From the NCBI GenBank assembly GCA_040954595.2, contig CM082592.2, forward strand, positions 11,565,912-11,629,911: a stretch of DNA of 64,000 nucleotides, written 5' to 3'. This DNA comes from Balanoglossus misakiensis (taxonomy: Eukaryota; Animalia; Hemichordata). Shown here piece by piece: positions 12,216 to 25,396 of this stretch (the stretch's first letter is position 1; each line of letters begins with the position of its first letter). The notes under the pieces were generated by a model, which saw only the letters and a program-made list of their open reading frames with translations, ran no database searches and was not told the DNA's origin. The position numbers and the translations under genes are program-made.

Positions 12216-15200
12216 CTGCGGGGAGAACCAAAAACATCAACAAAAGGTCATCATTTTTATAGACGACAAAGTACACTATGGGACTCCTTGCTAATTTCAT
12301 TTCTTTTATTGCGCTTCCCCTCAGAGAGGGTGGTGCGCTCATGTACAAATCGAAATTTATTGCCCCCGATAAAACAATCGACGCTACAGTGGGGGCCATA
12401 TGTAATGATTGCGAATGGCATTTAAAGGGCTTGTCACAGATTTATACCATGACTCGCACGTGGCGACCGTGGATAGTCTGTCTTGAAATTTCCCCCAAGA
12501 AGACAAGATTAGGGGAACGTTGGTTTCTCCTGTGAGATCAACAAGGTCGATATACCATTGGTCTCTCTACCGTCAGTAGCCATACAATAGAGGGAAATCT
12601 CCGCTTTAATACCCGATGTTGACAGACTCCGATTCCCAGGGCGTGAGTGCGCGTGGAATCGTGAATCGCACGCAAAGCCGATGATGAAAGACGGCTCTGC
12701 GTTTCGCCGTGTTAAGTTTGGGGACCTCAGCCTGTAGTGGGCTAGCCATGAATGGATTGTCCCAAAGGAGTATGTTGGATTTTTTTATGTGCCGCAAGTG
12801 ACGACATCAGACCCAAGCGATATTATTTTTGACACGCCATGCTTTTTGCAGTAGCTAGCAACCACCAGATATTACATGTATTTTCATTAATAACAGATTT
12901 TTGTCTGATCTGGGGGAAAACACAAACGCTGGGATTATTTTTAACTGGTCGCCGATACCCGCTGGAGTGTTATTTGGCGATGGTTGTTTCTACTATCACA
13001 AATCGCACACATTCAACCATCTATATGTTTGCCCATTCAAATACACACCATTGTGTTTACAACTTAAACCCCCGTTAAAATCACACATGTCAATCTCTCT
13101 CGACTTTTTGACAGATTATCGGAGAATGGGCAATTAATGAAAAATCGGGGCTATTGAGCAATGGAGACTGCCACTTCCAGTTGTGGGCACTGGCTGGCCT
13201 GGCTCCCAGGTCTAATGTCATTAACCCCATCCGGTCATTAGAACAGTAATTGTGTCGGCCAGAGAGAGAGGGAGAGCGTGCGACTTGGGCACATGGTATG
13301 ATACAGAAGGCCGCAATTTGCCTGCATGGTTCTTTTGCGAGTCCTCCTGCTTGCAACGATTGAAAACAACGTCATATCTTCTGAACAATCGAATGTCACG
13401 TTGAAACTGCTTTAGTTCTCGGGGTTTTCATTTTTTCTTTGAAATTCTGTGGTACGATCTGGCGAAGAAATTTGAAGTGACTATTGGCGGTGCAGACCAG
13501 GCCTTTGGTTACTCTAAATTTTCAAAACGCATATTTTGGTAATCATTAAAATAAAACTCAGCACATTTGGCGGGTAGCATTAAGCTGTCCGTAGAAATGC
13601 ACGGATGTTAATAATTGTTAGTTTCTTGCCCACATAAACTACAGAATGATATTTCTGTACACCCAGTTTGGTGATCACAAACAATTGTGATATTTAGCCT
13701 ACATTTGTTAGAATTTATCGCGGAATGATGGGTTGGAATGAGCGTCCTCGTGACGGATATAATTTTGACATTTACTGATGACATTTCTGTGTTGCCGGTG
13801 TTCATCTGTGTGTTAGGGATCAAAAAGCTGCGAGTTTTCTGTTGCTTTTAGTATTCATGTTGTGTTGTATAATAGCCGGGGTTCAACAACAAAGAGCAGC
13901 GAGGCTGGAGAATGCCCCGGGCTACGGGAGCGTCACTGGGAGCCGATTTATCATCGCCGAGCACCGAGTGACACCGTATTTGTTAAGCAATAATGCGCGT
14001 AGTGCATGCACCGAGACCGAGAGAAGAGCGAGCGAGCGAGCGAGCCGCATACAGCCGCCATGAGACCCCCGCTACCGACAGACAGCTTGAACGCCCACCG
14101 TTACGTTCACACATATCCCCAAGTGGATTTTCTCGCAGGCAGCCAGATCAGACGGCAACCTCCCCAGCCGTGCTCAATACGGCGATGGTTTGTAGATAAG
14201 GCTTGTTGAAAGGCTAAATGAAACCTGCCGCCAAGTGTTGCAATTATCGATACTAACGATCACGCTATCTCGAACATGTTTTCAAATGGGAGAACTTATC
14301 TTCCCACAGGGGTCCTGGCGCTTGTCGTGAGAATAGGGCCTTCGTGCAACGTTATACCCACCGGTCGAACTTTCATTTGTGATCGCCAACCCCTTTCGGT
14401 TTTGCGGGTCAACTATTTCCCGGTGAGCATTACTTAATATTTCGACGACATCAAAACTCAGTCAATGAATTTCGTGGGTTTGACCACTTCCACGCACAGC
14501 TCTGGGTTGCGCCCTGAGTCCATAAATAGACAGCAAAAATAAAACTTTCAATCAATTGGTAGACATGAATAATTAATGATTCTTTGTGATTTATACCAAC
14601 ACGTTGAGTGTGGCTGCGTCGAGGTAAATGTCCACATGAATACAAAATCTCTCAAATGCAAAGACAAAATGTTTTCTGTGCAATATTCGAATGAGCAAAC
14701 AAACAAACAGATCCAGACGGGCAACGTGCGGGCAGCAAAGTACTAGTATGTCATCACGACCCCCCCCCCCCCACCAGAAGTACTGGTATCTAGAGTTAAG
14801 ACAAAGTAAAATTTATCATTCGCAGATTTAGCCACGCAGTCTTGGTCACAACAGAGGGCTTCAAACAATTGCATCTGAACTTTTAACATCCAGAATTAAT
14901 CGGCACGATCTTGCGCAGAAACACTCAGCTTCCTGGCTTCAGGGAGACCCCTCAACTGGCGGAAAGTGCTTAACATACAGAATATCGATTTTTGTTTCAA
15001 ACAGCGAACACACCTTTAGTCGGGTGTCGTGTCAGCCGCCTTACAATACACGTACATGAATTTTACATATATCCTAGGAGTTTATTCGTCCCTTGTTAAG
15101 TCTACAGTTTCGCTTCGCGAAATTTACGTACTCTTTATCGATCGGATAAACACTCCATCAAGGCTTTAAAATTCTGCGATTCATGAGCGACCACCGTGTC

Positions 15201-16823
15201 GCCGTTGGATGGCAACCCCATTTCCCGGGCCCGCTAGCTACAGACGATTCCCAATGACTTTAACCGGTGTATCCGCATAAATAGAGCGATGAATAAAAAT
15301 CTCGTCGTCGAGTGGCGCACACTGGTATTACAACTACCCATGAAAACCGTCAAAACTGGCGTATGTTTCCACAAGACTGTATGGTCGAATATATGTCACT
15401 GATGGGTTGATTTGGTGTTAATATTAATAACCATCACGCCGATGCGATTTTCCCTCATCGGTGGTAAAACTCTTCAACCGTTCCGAGAAGCTAGCGCTGT
15501 TGAAAACACGTAAATCCCCGGCTTTGCGAGTACGACCTTCTGGTCCGATCGGCCATGTTGGATTTGGTGAAATGTTCACCGGGGATGCGGATTTTGCCTT
15601 CGGGCGAACTGGCAAGCTCCGTTGTGAGTTTGGAGCCGTCGCTTGTAAAAATTCATAATGCGAGATTTGTTGCGGTGAATCGGTACGGAACATCAGTTCT
15701 GACTTACGGCAATAAAAAGAGGGACATCATTTACGGGTAATGACTTGTCGTTAAGTAGGGCGATGGAAGCACGGTGATAAATCACAGGCCGCGGCAGCAA
15801 AGCTCGCGTCAGGCGGCACGGGCGAGAGGGCACGGCTCGTTCCTCTGTTCCCATTCAGCGCGTGCACCAAACGAGAATAAGTGGCAAACTCCATGCTGGC
15901 AGTCTCGGACATTGAAAGGGGAGCGCGATTCGAACAAATGACACTTTTTTATTATTTAATTATGGTGTGTCGTGGCACTCGTTTTAAATCTACAAGTTCC
16001 TGCCCTTGCTTTTAAGATCTCTGGAAAAGCTGTCGAGAGACACGGTCGCCTAAAATGCAAATCACCAACAAATTCACGGCACATGAATCACACCGCTACA
16101 TAATGTACTTTGGTTGGCTTATAGCTCTGGAGCAGTATAATTTGATAACAGATCGGACCTAAGCGGTTCTTTTGCGTCCAGAATCCCAAATCGTTAGACA
16201 TTTGAAATGCGAAAAACGCCAATTTGCGGCTTTCTAGACTGGGCTGATATCCAGACAATGGCCATAAATATATTCGCCGGGGATTGTTGGAAATAATATT
16301 CCTGTACATACATGTATCTCAATAATGTACTTTTAATTCAATTGTTCGAAACTGACGCGAACTGAGAATAGCATACGCGATGGGTGAGATTAGTTCAACT
16401 AGGAACGGTCGTCGAATAGGCAAAATTATACGGTGTCACAGTTGCTTGTTTCATCAAGTTTGCTTTTTCTGCATTTTGCGTTGTTGTTGTTTTTCGGTAG
16501 ACGAGTGTCCCGCTTGGGATCGACCGCGCAGCTGAGTTTTGCCCGTTAACGCTGTAGTTCGCCGCATTTACAACCAGCTGTCCCATCTTGAACGAAGGGA
16601 AGCCTGCGTCCCGTTGGACTGTCAACACGAGTCAACATACAACTCGTAGCTGGGCAGGTGCATTCTCTGCCAAACACGGCTAGACACAGCGCATGGCGGT
16701 TTTAGGTCCCCCATTTTATCAATAACGTATAATTTGGCGTTTTGTAAGTTTTGATAAAGTGGGCGTGTGGCTAGCCACTCGACTAGGACCAGAGATATGA
16801 TGTAGAGACGATTATTCTCTTAC
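12216..16823 (-). other. Lhx1/5 intron 2 (4608 nt, GT-AG, phase 1)
   Basis: GTAAG donor and CCCCGCAG acceptor; the reading frame is preserved across the junction. Confidence 0.9.
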
Positions 16824-17029
16824 CTGTTGGGGATTTGGTACTCATGTAGTCGTCCTTGCAAATAAACTGATTCTCGTCGACCACGTAAAGTTCTTCGCCC
16901 GTTGAAAGTTGTTTACGACACACCACGCACGTGAAACATTTGAGGTGGAACACCTGATTGCGGGCTCGGCGGACGAGATCGTTGGGCGAAATACCCTGAG
17001 AGCAACCGGCACATTTCGTACCATATCGC
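16824..17029 (-). CDS. Lhx1/5: Lhx1/5 coding exon 2 (LIM domain 2)
   Basis: Acceptor CTTTCTTCCAG|G at 17030/17029 completes the split AGG (Arg). Translates [68 protein letters not shown]. Donor G|GTAAG at 16824/16823; 206 nt, ends in phase 1. Confidence 0.97.
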
Positions 17030-17435
17030 CTGGAAGAAAGCGAAACCAAGAGTGATGATATAGAATTTTATTAGTGCGTGTCTAACTACTACACACAGAA
17101 CGAATGTTGACTTCATATACATCAGGGGATTTACACACCTACGGAGTTACCGTGTGTCCCGTTGATTATAATGAGTGGCTAACCAACATCTTCAAACAAT
17201 ATACAGAGTTACTGGCGAGTGAAAATGTTTACGTTCTGGTAATCGGGTTCACAATTAACCACGCCGCGATGCGACTGAGTGGTTTCGTCCAAAGCAGGGG
17301 AACAGTTTAGACTGGTGAGAGAGAGTGCTTGTATACAAACATGGGGTGTGAAATGTACATTTTGTGAAATGGACATGAAGAGCGTGAATGAAACGTGCTC
17401 AATGAAGCCCTGTAAAGGAATATTATTATTCTCAC
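17030..17435 (-). other. Lhx1/5 intron 1 (406 nt, GT-AG, phase 2)
   Basis: Bounded by the GTGAG donor and TTCCAG acceptor between the LIM1 and LIM2 exons. Confidence 0.95.
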
Positions 17436-17608
17436 CTGACGAAATCGGTTCGGCAGTACAACCTGCCATCTCTTGAAAAACACTTGTCGGTCAGTTTTGC
17501 TTTGCAGTCGCAACACTGCACACAGTTCACGTGCCAAGCTCTATCCAAGACGTTCAGCAGGAACCTGTCCAAAATTGGCCTGTCACAACCGGCGCACAAC
17601 TGAACCAT
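17436..17608 (-). CDS. Lhx1/5: Lhx1/5 (Lim1) LIM-homeobox transcription factor, coding exon 1 (LIM domain 1)
   Basis: ATG at 17608 in a strong Kozak context (CACCATGG), with an in-frame TAG at 17638-17636 upstream. Translates [57 protein letters not shown](R), a LIM zinc-finger pattern very close to vertebrate Lhx1/Lhx5 N-termini. Donor AG|GTGAG at 17436/17435; 173 nt, phase 2. Confidence 0.97.
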
Positions 17609-18539
17609 GGTGTGACAAACAAACACACCGAACAGCTACAGTCACTGTGAAATACACAAGATGTTATGGTAGTACTCAGCAGCAGCAACTGAGATATATA
17701 CAGCGTCTCAAATCGTAGTTTTGTTGCTTTACGCTGGAAGGTGAATCCGGCTTGGTTTACAAAAACCTATCGATTGGTTGGGTTTGAAGTAACAGCACGC
17801 GGGTACGGCTCGGAAATTCTCTGCTGGACGTTTCTTTTTCCGGAGATGGTTGTCACACATCGGAGGTGCACGTCCACTCTGACGACGACACGACTGAAAC
17901 ACTGATAGCGGCCAAGCTGTCGTACCCTTGTGCCACTCTCTAGACGCCGTGGGAGGGCTTCGGCGAGAGTAGACCACTTGCTTTGCTTGCGTTGTATCTA
18001 TTGGGATATCAACACCATGTGTATACTTGTGCGCGCAGCTGTTGCGGTCTGTTGTTCCCGATGTCGTTCGTGTTTCAAGTTTTTTTTCTCCGTCGCTAAA
18101 ATGAGAGACGTGTAGCTGCCTCCGGTAGTGCAGAGCACGTTACAGGCGTTGTTGAAAGTATTTCGGCATAGTCCATAGTTCCCCGACAAAAGCAAGTTTT
18201 GCAGAGTGGTGTGACTTGTTTCCAAAGCAATTGGCGAACACACTATCCACGCGTGAGCTGTATTAATTTTTTTGCCGGAGTTGTCAATAAGCAAATGGCA
18301 GTAGCACTAGGAGTTGAGTTTTCCTAAATAACACGACAATAGAATTCGTCAAAAAATCACGCTTTGGGCAGCGTAGATCACGTTGGTGGCACGACTCACC
18401 ACTACACTGATGGAAAACTCTCCGATGCCAGTAGTTGTAGCCACTGTTATACCGTACTACCAATTGACAGCGTACCAATTATAACACCTAACACTAAGCA
18501 TCACACGAGTGGATCTCTCCGCATCGGCGCTGTTTGTGT

Positions 18540-18680
18540 CATCGTACTGATGACTTGACAGGGCGTGGAATCAGCCGGCCAATCAGGCGCCCGTCGCCGT
18601 GGAGATCAGCTGCCCACCCCCTTTTCTAATGTTAATGAGCCTCCTTAACAGCCAACCAGGGAGCAATGGGCGGTTGCTCT
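18540..18680 (-). promoter_or_regulatory. Candidate Lhx1/5 proximal promoter (GC box, CCAAT box, Inr-like TCAGT)
   Basis: GC-rich patch ~0.95 kb upstream of the ATG. Contains GGGCGTGG at 18561-18568, GCCAATCAG (CCAAT 18579-18583), CAGCTG, CCCACCCC and GGGCGG, and a minus-strand TCAGT at 18550-18546. Motif-based only. Confidence 0.45.
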
Positions 18681-21600
18681 GGAGTATTGTTGACATTACG
18701 TCCAGTCGCATTCACCCATAGAAGGCTTTTCAGAAGCGCCTTTTTTCGCTCTGAAAGCATGGTGTATGTAAGGCAAATAGTTGTCTGAAACGGCTCAAAC
18801 AGATTTGCTATGCTGATGTTGCCTTTGGAGTGTTTGGACACTTATGTAACCTAGTCCAGCTTTGCTTTGCGCTTTCACCGAAACGTATCGAGTGTTTTCG
18901 CAAGAGTTTAAATTGATACAAAAACGTAAACTATACAGCCAACCGAAGGCGACCAGCGGTGACCTATGTCACGCTCGCTTTTATTCGATATGACTATCTA
19001 TATTTGATTTAGCCACAGTCACCGCGAAGCGACGAGTTACGCTGTTTGATTTCTGAGGCTTGTTAGGGCTATGGTCTCGGGTATGTAGTGTTTGTGTTAG
19101 TGGTTCAAGTACCGTGCAAGTGGCTGTCACGTCTCCCAACAATAGTGTCCTTCGGGGATCCCTTTGCTTTACAAGATACACGGTCATCTATCATCCCTAT
19201 GGAGCGAGCGAATATGAGACAACAGCGCTCCGGCAAAAACAAAAGAAGGCAAAGAGTATATATTTTTGTAATTGAAGAAAACAATTTATATTGAATAACG
19301 CGAATTAAAACAAAAATAAACGTTCTCGTTCTACTTGGTGAGGGTAATTTTGTCTTCTCCAAGACGTTGACTGAATGCTAAAGGATGGTCATTGGAGGAT
19401 AAAAGCAACATTTATCATTTTCAGCGACACTAGGGGCGCAGTGACAACGTATTGTCTTGACGACCGTCACCAACGCTAACATCCAGTCATCACGGTTTCG
19501 CTCACAAATTGCCCAGTGCCCCCTCCATTGTCCGCCGCGACGGGCAAAATAAATCACATCTGTCTATGATCTTCGACGGCTACGCGCGCGCCGGAGAGCT
19601 TTCGATGGATAGAAAGTGGAAGGCGATGCGGCGAAGAAGTGTCAACGCCAAGGCTACGTCGTTGAGCATGGTGTGAAGTTCCTCGATTGTCTCACATTTG
19701 CAAGTAGAAGCAAACTTTAGTAGCTGTGGCAATCACGTGCGAATAACCGATCAGCACGTCCCTTTAGTGTTGGTGAATATTTTTGAACAGAGATGCTAAA
19801 AGGCTACTATTATAATCGTGGCGCTTGTTCTCTGTTGCGCGGGATTAGACGACAGGCGTACCAGCCACAAGAGGCCCTATAGTTATAATATCAAATGAAA
19901 ATTGTGGAGGAAAGTTGAGAAAATATAGGAATATATTTTGAGAAAAAAATGCACGCGGAGCAAAACGTTTATGATAATGTTGAAGGAGTTGGTAGGTAAG
20001 TTGACGCTCGGCTGAACATTAACAACACGACGGGCCCTCGCTTAATCGCTCCACTTTTGGTGTGAATAAGGACGGCACTCTGTCGATAAAGAGGCGATCA
20101 GAAAGCGAGCCATTGGTTCACCGCCTGAAACAACTTTTGGACAGGGGTTCGCTGTAACGTTGATATTATGGGCACACACTCTCCAAAATCGCGAAACTGC
20201 ACTTTTTTCTTTCTAGGAACTGCGTCTGTCGCTGATTGATGGCTTCAACACAGTTAAGAACCGTGTTTAAAAAGTTATAAGTAAAACAAACATAGTGAAT
20301 ATGTCTCCATAGGGGATTAGTAGTTGCTCAGTGCGTGCATACGCGAGAAGACGCCCAGAACGGCAGGGTTGCGAACACCAGAAGCTGAAACGCGATGGGC
20401 AATTGTGATATGATTGTGGATATGTTGTTCACACCTTCTAAAGAGTGAGAAACGGTCGATGACGGCACTTAGCTAATGCTCCCGAACTGTCTGTGAAACG
20501 GTTGACAAACAATGACAACTTGAAAGCGGTATTATATTGGCAGTATATCGCATTCGGGCTGCGCCGATCTGAATAGTCTCGGAACATTTTCGATTCCCTT
20601 GACTTTACGATATCCCGGCGAACCAGCGGTGATTATGTCACGGCGCGGCGCACTGATCTATTCGGTGCGAGCCGGCATGGGGAGGCCCACGGCGACAGAA
20701 ACGTTCGTATTTTCTTTCCGTTCTGAAGTCCACTCTTGCATGACAATTGCACCTTTGACAAACAGCCATTGTTGCTGAGCCGCATTAGCATTTGAACGAT
20801 TTCAAAAGACTTGTTATTTCGATATGGGCAAAGCGGCTTGGGCTTGTGAGAATCGCTGAGAGTCTGTCTAAATAAATTCAGCCACAGCCGCTGAGGAAAC
20901 TGGAAACACAAACACGAAAGACGAGAACTCGACTTACGGGACAGAAATTCTGCGCATTTTTCAAAGTCTAAATATCGGACACACGAAGACAGCGTAGACC
21001 GCTGAGCTAGCCGCCACCCCTTCAAAACAAATAAATAAATACACTTTTCACATTTTTATCCAACAAGTGAAGTTCGAAGAATTTGACAGCAAATAACATT
21101 ACACGCTATGAAGTCAGTTCGCGCAGAAAGACGGAAATAAAACTCACATTATTTCGGTTTCATTAAGCAGCTTCTCTCCGGCCCATCGTAATTCTTCAGC
21201 TGAGAACATAAAATTGTCAATCCCGTCTTTCCAACGTTTTTAGCTCCCCAGAACCAATTCCCTTGATTTTTCCTGTGTGCAAAAAACAACAACAACAATA
21301 CACATCAACTGATCAGGATCAGAAATCACGTTTCATAATTTGTGTGCCCAACAAGTGGACTGTATATATGAGATCTTGGAACACAGCTGTGTATTTGTGT
21401 ATGGGATCTGTCGGCGTTTCTGCCGCCAACCCTGGAGCGTCTAGTGGTTGCAGAAGCAACAAGCAGAAAGACTTTCTCCACATGTTGGCAGTGTACTCTT
21501 TCCAGAAATTCTCGCTAATGTTTGTGTTCACTTCTACTTATGTAACGCTACACACTCTTTCCCTCTCCTTTTCTGTGCTTGTCTTTGGGGTATCAATCGA

Positions 21601-23963
21601 GAGGCTGGAATTTGTTGAGCGATTCAGACGACAAGAGATTTGCATTGTGAAAGTCATGCGTGTTAAAACACACTTCTTATTACAAGTTGTTTACTGTAAG
21701 CTATACTTAGTGGTGTTACAAGGAAACGTTACAAGCAGCGCGTAGCAGCTCGGATCAGTTACGTCTCTGAAGTCGCGTAGGACGCAACATGAAGCGAACG
21801 TGGCGATTTTCAGGTCCGTCCCCATCATTGCACCGAACGAACGGAATGAGTTCAAAGGTCGCCCTCACCCCAACAAGCGCTCTTGAACTTGAAGCTTGTC
21901 ACCAAAAATGTACCATACACAAGAAACTCCATTTTATACAGATAAACCAATAAAGTTTCGTCCACTCATTGTAGACTACAGCAGATTTCTACACGTATAT
22001 TTTTCAATGAGTTTTTAACTGCCACTGAGTTGTGCCAATATTCTTTGTGATTTCCCTTTAAAATGTCATGAATGTTTAGGCTTTTGAATGAATCAACTCT
22101 GCTTGCTGTCAAAATATAAAGGAAATACCACAAAAAATATGGACAGATTACAGTCGGGAAATATGCTGGTAGAAAGAAGACTCGTAATGATATCTTACGA
22201 GACTTGGTGGCGTTTATCGGAGGGACGGATGGCGCGAGATTGTTTGACGCTTAATATCAGTAACATGGTAAATTAATTCATGCCTGAGTTTTTACACATG
22301 AATGTACTAATTAATCTTGATAACTGCAGCGACACACACGATACCGCCATATCGAACCTATCCGAGTCGTCCGATCCGCACTGGCGCTTTAAGCTTGTTC
22401 GGCCTGGCAATCAAGATTTCCCAGCTGGGATGGAGGGTCCCTACCCCGATAAGCACGCCTGGCTGGCGCAGATGTACAGAACCCAGTTTTGAACATATTT
22501 TTTTCTACTAGTGGTCGGGAAAACACGACAGAATGTCACCACCCCTTTGCGGCTGCGCCTTTGCGATTCCGGGCCATGCCCATTTTGAGGCAACATTTAG
22601 ACTAGCGTCTGTCACCTTGCCAACGACTTCAATAGACTTCTCCCGCCAAACGTTTTTGCAAAAACAATGAAAACTTAGCAACTTTTCTCCTTCCTCTATA
22701 TATTTATGTATGTATCTGTCGTATATGTATATTCTAACCTACAAATATAGATACCTAAACAATAGGAAGATTTAAAATAAGATGTACAGTAAAAGAAAGT
22801 CGACTGATAATGAACCGTACCTACAGGACAATGGACAGTCCACTGTCTAGGTCTGGACATGTACTTTCGTTGGCTTTGTTCAGGAAAAGAATATGCTATA
22901 AACGCTGGCTGCCACAAATCACATTCAAAACCTGTGTAATAAAGGTGGCGACTTGAAGACACCAATATTCTGATAAAAACACACGTGACATGGAAAGACT
23001 TTTGACAATAATTAAACAATGTCGCCACATTTACCGATGACCATGCAAAACATTCATCAACTGTATCTTGATAAGCCCTACACATTATTTTCAACTCCTT
23101 GCGGCTATTCATCAATTTCTCACGCGTGTTAGTGATGATGAAACAATGACACAATCAAACTTATTTTCTGAACGAAGGAAATGCGAGCGTCTTTTGCCAA
23201 CACTGGCGCTCGAGCTGAACCGTTTAATCAAAATAGACCTCGTCCGGTGATATTTAAGGTTGTTCATCAAATACTAAATGGGCGTTTAAAGTCTGATTGT
23301 CCGCGTTTGTTTTTCCTCTTCAGCCGGGCGATTCGCTGAGGGCGACTAATTAGTGCATATTTAGAAATAAAACAGGCGATGGAAGAACAATGGCGACAAT
23401 CAACGCAGCCAACGGTTCAATGGTGTATGATATTACCGAGTGACAATAGAAAGTTGCTGGAGATCCATCCCTGTCGTCACGGCAGAAGCGTTCAGAGCCA
23501 CAAAAGGAAGACGCCTCAAATTAGACACAGAAAAGGTAGCAGTTGTAGTTAATTACAACGCACGGTTTGTCTTCACCGCGCCACGGGAGTTCGGCCAGCA
23601 CGCGACACCGGTTGAAAGACAAAAGCGCCAGGCCTTTTTGACAGAGTGACGCAATTGACGCTGTTGAATACACAGGCATTGGGAACCGAACTAACGCCGG
23701 TTCGCTGAAGTGGTAATTACGGTCGAAAAGTAGTGCTTAATGAGCTGGCTAACAGTCATTCAGTGTTTGTATGAAAGCCTGAGAAAACAAGACCGAAAGA
23801 TTAAATTTCCACGGCGAGAGAACATACAAAGAAAACAGACACCTGTTGCTGCGAAGTCAGATTGGACAGTTTATAACAAGTTTCTTCAAAAACATATGTT
23901 ACCGATAATTGAATCTAAGAATTCCCACATTAGATAAGATCTCCAGTCAGTGATCTACATGTA

Positions 23964-23965
<2 letters not shown>

Positions 23966-24014
<49 letters not shown>
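23966..24014 (+). repeat. (TG)n microsatellite, ~24 units
   Basis: Uninterrupted TG run. Confidence 0.98.
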
Positions 24015-24016
<2 letters not shown>

Positions 24017-25248
24017 TCCCCTACATACTTATGCTATATCTCTTATTTGCAAATGGTGGATGCGTCGACCAAATGGGCGGAACTCCTCCGAACATCATGG
24101 ATGTGACTTTCTCCTTAGATAAAATTTGTATGACTTTCACCGTTTATGTGTTTATTATGACTTCTAAAAATAAACCGAATGTCCATCAATGGGATAACTC
24201 TTCCCGGTATATTCTGATAAAATACCGACCAACCACCATTTCTCCGTTCGTCATCTCGACTAAAAGTATGCAATTTTTCGTAAGTGTTCTACAGGGAAAT
24301 CAACTCTGTCAGATCAAGTGATAAAAAAGTCATAAACGTTGAAAAATATGACTCCGCGAGACGGTATTACAGTCTAGGGGATGAGATCTCAGAAAGACGA
24401 TGTCGTTTGGTCCGTCACGAGTGTGCAGTAACACGGTAGGTGACAAAGACGAGCGGTATTTGTTTAATTGCTCCAATAAGGAATTACGCGCGAGATTAGT
24501 TAAAATCGGGTTATCGGGATTTAGGAGAAAATGATAGCAGTAAACCGCAATGCAATTTTGACAGAGACCGGTAGTCAAACGATACTGTTTTTTTGTTTGT
24601 TTTGCTTTTGATGGTCATTATAAAAGGAAAGATTTGACGAGATACGAATTTACATGTACTAGCAAAACGTGTCTGTCTCATTTGCATGTTGTTAATAGGT
24701 ATGGAATATGGCGCACCACTGGAGTGAGATTTCATTGGGGCTTATTCTTGTTGGACGCCGTACACGTGTGATATTGATGTTGAACACAACCCCAGGTGAT
24801 TTCCCATACTGCATAAATTTGAATAAATTACCGACCAGAACGCAAGACGAGTGCGGCATGAATAAGTAATCCAAATGCGGGTCTCTACTTTAGATGAGCA
24901 ATTTCTCTGTTCCAACTCGATGCACGCTTGAGGAGTTCACGCATTTCGCGTGAAGTAATGTTAATAGATCACGGGATTTGGCGATGCATACCTTGATATT
25001 CACAGCCCGCGGCCATGGAGACAAGTGTAGGTCGATAAAATAAAACCTTGGAAACATTTTCCCCGTCGTAAATGGAAAATAAAGTGAGTAAAATGTAATC
25101 AACAATGTTTTTAACACACAGATCAAATTAACCACATAACTCTTTTAGACATTGCGTTGTTTGCTGTTGATCGTTGGCAAGGTGCTAGTTTCAAAACGAC
25201 TTTTAATTGATTATTCATCTACATGTATTCGATGCATCGGCTGTTTAA

Positions 25249-25396
25249 GTGATTGACTGACCGATTGATTGATTGATTGGTTTAAAAGTCGAGTGAATGA
25301 GTGTTTGAGAGTGCGAATTTGGTTAAGTGATTGATTGATCAATTGATGAATTGATTGATTGATTGTTTCATCGGGGGTCGACTGATTGATTGACTG
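25249..25396 (+). repeat. Degenerate (TGAT)n tetranucleotide repeat region
   Basis: Several TGAT/TGAC runs, e.g. GATTGATTGATTGATTG, interrupted by short unique sequence. Confidence 0.8.

Noticed and set aside
11566-12399. 277-aa ORF treated as a single-exon gene
   Set aside because: It is exon 3 plus read-through into the flanking introns; splice sites delimit 12215-11647.
19424-19442. CTCF-like GCGACACTAGGGGCGCA
   Set aside because: One G short of the core spacing and lacks the CC at the 5' end.
23965-24321. 118-aa ORF starting with VC repeats
   Set aside because: Product of the (TG)n microsatellite.
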